From the IMG/VR virus record IMGVR_UViG_3300035193_000067, positions 32,001 to 96,000 of that record: a stretch of 64,000 nt of DNA; one strand, given 5' to 3'. A program made the position numbers and the translations under genes. Positions within the stretch are counted from its first letter, which is position 1; each line of letters starts with the position of its first letter. This DNA comes from a virus. Below, in pieces: positions 58,013 through 64,000 of the stretch. The notes beneath the pieces are model-generated. The model was not told the DNA's origin. It saw nothing but the letters and a program-made list of their open reading frames with translations, and made no database searches.

Positions 58013-59179
58013 TTATTTGGAACCTTTAGCAACACGGCGACCATCAGGAAGACCGAAGCCTACCATCTCAGTAAACATCCAACCCTTAACGGTTTCACCC
58101 AGAGCATACTTATTGTACGGCTCGCTGAAAAGCTCAATACGCTCACCCATAACACCGAGGTACTCAGGAGAAGTACAAGCATAGAAAGTACCGCTGGGGA
58201 TAACTTCCTGTACGCCAGTACCGGCAGCAGTCAGAATTTGAGCATTCATGATGTTACCAATGTAACCAGACAGCAACAGTTCACGCTCAGTAACCGGATC
58301 AACAGCAGAAGACATGGTTTTAACGATGTCAGAAAGCTCAGAACGGTTAATCAGGAACTGCTCCACCATCAAGCGGTGACGCTCTACCTGGTAACGTACA
58401 TCTTCAAAAGCACCAATACCCAAAGTACTGAAAGTGGTTTCGGTGTTTATAGCAGTGGAAGCAGCATCAAGAGCATTGATAGCAGCTTTGTCTTCCTGCA
58501 ATTCGATTTCCTGACGAGCTGTATCCTGAGCTCTTTCCAGGATGTCAAAATTAGCCTGATAGATGTCAACGATGTCTACAGGAGCAAAAGACGTAATTTT
58601 GAATTCTTCCGGAGTAATGTAGTTGGTTTTGATCCGTGATTCAGGAGTTTGACCATCCTGACCGATGATGTAGGCAACCGCACGAACATCCTTCGGAATT
58701 CTGAACAATTCAGCCTGTCCCAGTTTACGAGGCATGAAAATTCTGCGAGCAAAACCTTCATAGTCCAGGATAGCTTTGATCGGAAGAGAAAGCTCTTGAC
58801 CAATGCGATGGAAGCCACGACCACTCGGATCCTGAATAGCAGCTGTCAGTGCACGTCGTTGCTGCTCAAAAGAGGCTTCAACTTTGGAGGAAGTACGCAC
58901 CATTTGAAGACTGGAAGCGTTCTTTTTCGTTACATCGTTCAAGAGATGAGCAACCTGTTGCAGAACGTCTTTTTTGTCATATGCATTGACTTCACCCTTC
59001 GTATCAAACATACGATTGGCAGTTTTGGCAGCTTTATAACGAGTAGGGTTAAATTCCCCACTGGGATCATAAAGACTCTCTTCTCTTTTCGAAGAAACTT
59101 TTTTAACCGGTTTTACACGCATACGGCTAGGAGCTGTCTTCGAAGCACTCTTACGGAAAGGATTTTTCGTATTCTTCAT
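58013..59179 (-). CDS. major capsid protein (HK97 fold)
   Basis: 388 aa; PIKAILDYEGFARRIF, P.EFKITS.A, AQDTARQEIELQED, GWMFTEMVG...RRVAKG; follows protease/scaffold/decoration genes; strong terminator downstream. Confidence 0.85.
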   Translation of the reverse strand: MKNTKNPFRKSASKTAPSRMRVKPVKKVSSKREESLYDPSGEFNPTRYKAAKTANRMFDTKGEVNAYDKKDVLQQVAHLLNDVTKKNASSLQMVRTSSKVEASFEQQRRALTAAIQDPSGRGFHRIGQELSLPIKAILDYEGFARRIFMPRKLGQAELFRIPKDVRAVAYIIGQDGQTPESRIKTNYITPEEFKITSFAPVDIVDIYQANFDILERAQDTARQEIELQEDKAAINALDAASTAINTETTFSTLGIGAFEDVRYQVERHRLMVEQFLINRSELSDIVKTMSSAVDPVTERELLLSGYIGNIMNAQILTAAGTGVQEVIPSGTFYACTSPEYLGVMGERIELFSEPYNKYALGETVKGWMFTEMVGFGLPDGRRVAKGSK

Positions 59180-59194
59180 AACATTATCTCCTTA

Positions 59195-59983
59195 TTAGCC
59201 GAAGTACTTAATGCCCAGGAAGGGGTCATCAGCAGTTGGAAGTTGGATTACCCGACCAATTACAACAGTGTTGGTAGAGTCAGTTGTACGGTCAAAAAGA
59301 CCACCACAGTAATCAGTAGTAGCATCACCAGGAGATACGCTATCATTGATAGCCCATGCACGTGCAGCATTGTACTGAGTAGTGAAAATAGTAGCTTCGC
59401 CTTCAATTACAGTAACTTTTCCGCCCTGAATAGTAACATCATCTTGGTAATTCCAGAAGTTAGCACCATTAGCCAGAAGCTCTACAGCAGAAAGAGTTCT
59501 CATGTACCAGGCATATACTGTAGTTGCTGTAGGAATGGAGCCACCACCAACATGAGTAACTACGCCAGTAGAAGATACATACGTAAAATCAGTAGTCTCT
59601 GTGTAAGTAGTACCTACACCCGCTGCATCGGAGGTGATGCGAAGACCGCCTGTATTAGCAGTCGCACCATGATCAACAAGCGTTGTGTACTTCAGAGTAG
59701 CAGTGCCACCAGAGGTAGCGAACTGAATCGGCTCAGCACTGACCATGGCTGTAAAAGAGGTCTTTTTGTTGTATTTTGTGATACCGAAAGGACGTGTATC
59801 CGTACCAGGATGTACAACAACCTGACCACTGGTGTTAAGAGAAACAGGCATACCTGCTTCAAAAGTTGTGCTGGGAGCCGCAACACGATTCCCGTAAGCC
59901 CGCAGATAATCGGTACGCTGGTGGTCCAAGCCCCGAGCGATAGTATCTACTCTGAAAGCTTCTCTTTTTGTCGATAGAGTCAT
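59195..59983 (-). CDS. capsid decoration / cement-like protein
   Basis: FEAGMPVSL, GKVTVI.G...FTTQY, IGRVIQLPTADDPFLGI; immediately upstream of capsid gene. Confidence 0.6.
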   Translation of the reverse strand: MTLSTKREAFRVDTIARGLDHQRTDYLRAYGNRVAAPSTTFEAGMPVSLNTSGQVVVHPGTDTRPFGITKYNKKTSFTAMVSAEPIQFATSGGTATLKYTTLVDHGATANTGGLRITSDAAGVGTTYTETTDFTYVSSTGVVTHVGGGSIPTATTVYAWYMRTLSAVELLANGANFWNYQDDVTIQGGKVTVIEGEATIFTTQYNAARAWAINDSVSPGDATTDYCGGLFDRTTDSTNTVVIGRVIQLPTADDPFLGIKYFG

Positions 59984-60006
59984 ATCTCTCTCCTCATAGG
60001 CTAGTC

Positions 60007-61734
60007 CTAGCGCTGCCCCTTGTTGAGCGTAGCGAGTTTAACTGCACGCTGGCTCAACGAAGTGCTTCCGACAACTGAGCGGATACTGCCATCTTCTTTG
60101 GTGTTATTAAAGCTCGAAGCAGGAGCTTTTATTTGCATATTAAAATTTCCATCAACAGCTTCCTTACGAGCTGTTTTGGCTGTTTTTGATTTTGAAGAGG
60201 ATTTGGAAAAAGCAGAAGCTTCTACAGGACGTACATTTTGAATTTCAAGATCTTTTTCAATATCGTTACGGTAGTCACTGGATCTCTTCATGAGAGAAGA
60301 AGTACGATTGAGAAGCTGTTCAATAAACGCAGTATGACCTGCACTTGCAATCATCTCTGCCAACTCTGCAGCATCATCCTCATCCATGTCTGAAACTACT
60401 TCATCATCTGTTAGTACATCAAAAGCAGCAATTTTAAACTGGTGCTCATCGTGATTCAGAAGCATACGTGTAGCAGCAATCTTAAAGGATTGAATGAAGT
60501 CAGCTACGAATTTCGTGTTCAAGTCTCTGGCTTCTTTTGTAGCACGACTCTTATACAGCTCTTTAAGGTTAGCCTCTACTGTAGAGTAATCAACTTCAGC
60601 AGCGTCCTGAGTGCTCTCATGAGATGCAGGCATTGCCTCATCAGTTACATCCTCTGCACCATCAAGAACTGAAGAAGGTGTAGCGTCTACTGCTTCATCA
60701 GTGGTTAAATCAACACCCTCATCAACTCCACCTGATTTGTGATTCTCTTTGGAATCAAACTCAGCTTGTGCATCAACAGAATCTGTAGAAGGAGTTTTTA
60801 CTTCCTTAGTATCCGACTCAGCAGAATCAGTTACAGGAGCAGTCACTTCAGGGACTTCAGCATCAGCTGCTAAATCAACACCTTCATCAACTCCACCGAT
60901 AATAGAAGTACCACATTTCTGTGCCGCAGTTTTCAACCCATCAAAAGCGCACCAGGAAGCCACTTTATTAGCTTCACGAGCCAGAGCTTTATCATTACTG
61001 CGAACAGACTCAGAGGCAGTATGAAGGAATACAGGTTTACCTTCATAGGATACGAGGATGTTGCGATCTGCAGTAACTTTAACTCTAAGCTTGGATATAT
61101 CTATAGAACTCTTGATACCAAGAGATTCCGAAGAAGTGACGTCCTCTTCAGACTCATCTTCCTTCAGAGTCTCCAGATCCTCATCGGACTCTGTAGAAAT
61201 CTTCTTAGACCGTGCAATCAGGTCTTTTTTCTCCTCATCCATAGGCTTTTTAGGACCTTTACCAGGCATATCTTTTTTACCCTCAGGACCTTTTCCAGGA
61301 AGCTCTTTTTTATCTTCAAGACCTTTCCCTGGCATATCCTTTTTCATCTCAGGACCTTTTCCAGGTTTCACCTCTTCAGACTCTTCTTCCTCTTCAGACT
61401 CTTCAGACTCTTCAGACTTCTCAGGACCTTTAACAGGCTTCATCTCTTCAGATTTATCTTTAACAGAATCAGTATCAAGCTCCCCGCGATCCTTAAGAAA
61501 TGACAAAACAGCCTCAAACGCCTCATCGGCATTCTGAATGCCTTTCAGTTCGTTTAAAAGTTTGTCAAAACCTTCAGGAGCCTTGGAAGCTGTCCTGGCT
61601 GCGCTCAGCAACTCACGAGTCTCCTGCTCAATAATGCGTTGCTCTGCAGCAGTCAGAGTTACCGATCCTTTTGAATGAAGAGACTGTACTGTTTTCAATA
61701 GTTTCATCGTTTCTTTACCCATAAACAGCCTCAA
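60007..61734 (-). CDS. scaffolding-like / internal head protein
   Basis: Highly charged, low-complexity, internal repeats; between protease and capsid genes. True start may be ATG at 61722. Confidence 0.65.
   Translation of the reverse strand: MRLFMGKETMKLLKTVQSLHSKGSVTLTAAEQRIIEQETRELLSAARTASKAPEGFDKLLNELKGIQNADEAFEAVLSFLKDRGELDTDSVKDKSEEMKPVKGPEKSEESEESEEEEESEEVKPGKGPEMKKDMPGKGLEDKKELPGKGPEGKKDMPGKGPKKPMDEEKKDLIARSKKISTESDEDLETLKEDESEEDVTSSESLGIKSSIDISKLRVKVTADRNILVSYEGKPVFLHTASESVRSNDKALAREANKVASWCAFDGLKTAAQKCGTSIIGGVDEGVDLAADAEVPEVTAPVTDSAESDTKEVKTPSTDSVDAQAEFDSKENHKSGGVDEGVDLTTDEAVDATPSSVLDGAEDVTDEAMPASHESTQDAAEVDYSTVEANLKELYKSRATKEARDLNTKFVADFIQSFKIAATRMLLNHDEHQFKIAAFDVLTDDEVVSDMDEDDAAELAEMIASAGHTAFIEQLLNRTSSLMKRSSDYRNDIEKDLEIQNVRPVEASAFSKSSSKSKTAKTARKEAVDGNFNMQIKAPASSFNNTKEDGSIRSVVGSTSLSQRAVKLATLNKGQR
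60706..60897. repeat. 27-bp direct repeat pair (encodes GGVDEGVDL), 165 bp apart
   Basis: TAAATCAACACC[C/T]TCATCAACTCCACC at 60706-60732 and 60871-60897, one mismatch. Confidence 0.85.
61250..61440. repeat. degenerate 33-bp (KKDMPGKGPE-type) and 9-bp (SEE) coding repeats
   Basis: Protein reads KPGKGPEMKKDMPGKGLEDKKELPGKGPEGKKDMPGKGP and SEESEESEEEEESEE. Confidence 0.75.
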
Positions 61735-62657
61735 ATTCCTGCAGATATGGCAAAGTTTATAGCCTTGGCCACAGATTCTGGAAGAATCCCTGCATTTTTG
61801 ATAGTGTATTTAATCAGCTCTTCCCTATCCTTATCTGTAAGAGATAAGGAAGAAGCAGCTTTTTGAATGCTTAGTAAGCCGTCCTGTATAACAGCCGTTT
61901 TATCTGCAGGATCTGCTACAGCAGACAGTTCCTGATAAACAGTACCAATGCAAAGCTCACCACCTAAACGGTAGGATCCATCAGGCATTTGGTATTCACG
62001 TTTTTGAAATTTATTGCGTACATGATCGCAGAACTGAAATGTGGTAGACGCTACATTTCCACAGACATTACACTGAGTTGCCTCAACATCTGCCCCCATG
62101 GAAAATGTACTAACACTGCCATTTTTGTACGCTGCAGCAAGCGCCTTATCTTTAGTAGTATCTACTGCAATCAATGTCTCGACAAAAACATCTTTTGCAG
62201 GATACGTACCGATGGTTTTGAACACTTCCTCCTGATCCTCAGGAGACGCATCATTATCAGCATTGATATGGGCATCCAGAAGGAAACCTCTGGAGACTTC
62301 TGGGTGTGCTGCATTATGTTCAACAAAATGTGGTTTATTGCGGTAGGTCTCATACGTGAGGCAACCCAACTCAGGACGGAATGCTTTTATTTCATCCCAG
62401 GTCCAACCATCCAGATTGGCATTTAAACGCCCTACAGAGTTGGCTCTGGCAGGTATAAGGAGGTAATCGGAAGGGTCTCTACTAATCCTGTAAGTATCAG
62501 CAACATGCTCAAGACGTTCTCCTAAAGAAAATGAGAGATCGCTTGACTGCTTGTTCATGAAATATGACTCAGCTTTGGATTTACTGGCAGACTTACGCCA
62601 TGAACCTGACGACAAGACTCCCATAAACTCTATTGATGCATATTTTCTAAAACTCAA
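61731..62657 (-). CDS. prohead (capsid maturation) protease with Zn-ribbon insert
   Basis: NANLDGW, KPHFVEH, SRGFLLDA, FSMG...CNVCGN...CDH, ELSAVADPAD; first gene of head operon; TTG start with AGGA RBS. Confidence 0.78.
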   Translation of the reverse strand: MSFRKYASIEFMGVLSSGSWRKSASKSKAESYFMNKQSSDLSFSLGERLEHVADTYRISRDPSDYLLIPARANSVGRLNANLDGWTWDEIKAFRPELGCLTYETYRNKPHFVEHNAAHPEVSRGFLLDAHINADNDASPEDQEEVFKTIGTYPAKDVFVETLIAVDTTKDKALAAAYKNGSVSTFSMGADVEATQCNVCGNVASTTFQFCDHVRNKFQKREYQMPDGSYRLGGELCIGTVYQELSAVADPADKTAVIQDGLLSIQKAASSLSLTDKDREELIKYTIKNAGILPESVAKAINFAISAGI

Positions 62658-62688
62658 AAGATTATTCCTTTACAAAAGGTACTATACC

Positions 62689-62714
62689 AGTATAAGTTAA
62701 ACAGGTGTCGGTAT
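62689..62714 (-). promoter_or_regulatory. candidate late promoter (upstream of protease-scaffold-capsid operon)
   Basis: Minus strand ATACCGACA-N11-TATACT. Confidence 0.55.
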
Positions 62715-62745
62715 CCTAAAGCTCTGCAAAAATCCCATAAATAAA

Positions 62746-63066
62746 TCAAAGAAGACTTTTAGAGAATTCTTCAAATTCAGCAATATCAACAAATTCACCG
62801 GATTCTGAAACAGACCAGTAACCTGATTTACAAAGAACCTCTAAGACCTTATCTGCGTATTCTGAAAAACTTTCAGTTATGTAGTACACAGATACTGACT
62901 CATCTGTGCTCTTCCGCAGCTGTGCAGATTTTATAGAGTCTGCACAGAAACCCAAAGCAGTATTCAAGTAAGACGATCTGCTTCTGGTCAGAAACAGAGA
63001 GCTGCTATAATCATGCAACACTGATCCCACAGGACCACTGCTGTCAGAGATCACAAAATACCTCAT
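62746..63066 (-). CDS. hypothetical protein
   Basis: 106-aa ORF with GGAG RBS. Confidence 0.6.
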   Translation of the reverse strand: MRYFVISDSSGPVGSVLHDYSSSLFLTRSRSSYLNTALGFCADSIKSAQLRKSTDESVSVYYITESFSEYADKVLEVLCKSGYWSVSESGEFVDIAEFEEFSKSLL

Positions 63067-63185
63067 TTACTCTCCGAGGTGTCTTTTGATTCTTCCTTAA
63101 GGTCTTTTTCAGTCTTCTCATCAGAGTTTTTCAGATCCTTCAAAGGACCTATAACTTTTCCATCATTTTTTCCGTATTTTTTCAT
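63063..63185 (-). CDS. small charged hypothetical protein (40 aa)
   Basis: Manual translation MKKYGKNDGKVIGPLKDLKNSDEKTEKDLKEESKDTSESK*; ATGA overlap with next gene. Confidence 0.5.
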   Translation of the reverse strand: MKKYGKNDGKVIGPLKDLKNSDEKTEKDLKEESKDTSESK

Positions 63186-63187
63186 AA

Positions 63188-63973
63188 CTAAACACGCTCT
63201 CCTGATTCTATATCAAAATAGTATCCATTATTAAGAGTTACCTGCTTACCTTTATAATAAAGGATTTCATCCGAGGAATTACAGGTTACTGCCGCATCAC
63301 TATCACCTTTCACCCATTCTCTCAAAAAGTCTGCAGGAGACTTATTACTTACATATAAATTATGTACAAGCACATACTTTTCTGTAGCCATCAGCACGTA
63401 CTCAGAAGTGTTCAAATCGGAAAAATTAATAAAACGTACATCTTTCACAGGTACTTCAATGCTAGTAATCTCAGAGATAAGCTCTATAGGAATTCCCGTA
63501 TATTTAATTCCATTTTGCTCAAGATCAGATAATGTATTAAATACCAATGAAGATCTGTCGTAAATTAACGGAAGGAAATTATATGCACAGGAAAATTTAT
63601 CAGATCTTGCCAGAATCAACTCCCACACCTTCTCCAATAATACAGAGACATTATTCATACAGGCACACAACGGACAACTGCATAAAGACTCGATCCTCAA
63701 ATAAGGAATACGAAGATCTCTGTATGCAGAAAGCTGTGCCAGGTTAATAACGGCAGACTCTGAAAAAACCTCTTCAGCCAAGTACTTAATGAGGTAATTA
63801 TCTGCAGGAGTCAGAACAAGATCAGACAACCTTGCAGGACCTTCCATAATAGAGGATTTGTACTCAGTATAATTGAACAGATCATAACATCGTTTTTTGT
63901 ACTCCAGAAACAAACGTGATGCTTCACTTCGGGAGACTGGAGAGATCGTATTTACCGGAAAATCATCCATCAT
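63188..63973 (-). CDS. hypothetical protein, possibly degenerate MuF-like head morphogenesis protein
   Basis: CSCPLC..MN and later 'C.Y.FLP' resemble the Cys motifs of MuF-type proteins; upstream of the head operon. Confidence 0.4.
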   Translation of the reverse strand: MMDDFPVNTISPVSRSEASRLFLEYKKRCYDLFNYTEYKSSIMEGPARLSDLVLTPADNYLIKYLAEEVFSESAVINLAQLSAYRDLRIPYLRIESLCSCPLCACMNNVSVLLEKVWELILARSDKFSCAYNFLPLIYDRSSLVFNTLSDLEQNGIKYTGIPIELISEITSIEVPVKDVRFINFSDLNTSEYVLMATEKYVLVHNLYVSNKSPADFLREWVKGDSDAAVTCNSSDEILYYKGKQVTLNNGYYFDIESGERV

Positions 63974-64000
63974 ACAAAAGGAAGACTGATCTTCTGCGAA

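Noticed and set aside
58649-59977. 442-aa plus-strand ORF opposite capsid and decoration genes
   Set aside because: Antisense shadow of strongly codon-biased genes; spans two convincing minus-strand genes, Ser/Thr/Arg/Cys-rich with no motif.
1-64000. Stop-codon reassignment
   Set aside because: Genes are full length and tightly packed under the standard code; TAA, TAG and TGA all occur as real stops.
1-64000. tRNA, rRNA, integrase or attachment site
   Set aside because: Intergenic gaps are short and none showed a cloverleaf with a T-loop; no recombinase ORF recognised. A covariance-model scan was not possible.

Overview
The window is a 64-kb segment of a large tailed phage with a contractile tail (myovirus-type). 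Essentially every credible gene is on the minus strand and the standard genetic code fits. In transcription order (64,000 toward 1) it holds: a head module (prohead protease, scaffold, decoration-like protein, major capsid protein); a small membrane/lysis cluster; neck genes; tail sheath and tube; a frameshifted tail-chaperone pair; two paralogous tape-measure-like genes; baseplate genes and a large beta-helix tail fibre/spike. After a sigma70-type promoter near 25.55 kb comes a long replication/recombination/nucleotide-metabolism operon: C2H2 zinc-finger protein, 5'-3' exonuclease fused to a UDG-like domain, ThyX, SNF2 helicase, DnaC-like loader, DnaB-like helicase, primase, sigma-like factor, beta-clamp-like protein, kinase, family A DNA polymerase, ATP-grasp protein, amidase, DnaX-like clamp loader, SSB-like protein and RecA. 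I saw no tRNA, rRNA, CRISPR array, integrase or transposase. The most notable items are: (1) an IscB/IsrB-type PLMP (RRXRR)-like domain on a non-nuclease protein directly after the capsid gene, preceded by a highly structured leader; (2) a miniature ice-nucleation-protein homologue; (3) duplicated tape-measure genes; (4) a candidate short-spacer late promoter motif together with a phage sigma factor; (5) an apparently inactive UDG domain fused to the flap exonuclease; (6) an SSB-tail mimic next to dnaX. All family assignments come from recognising motifs by eye and from gene order; no searches were run.
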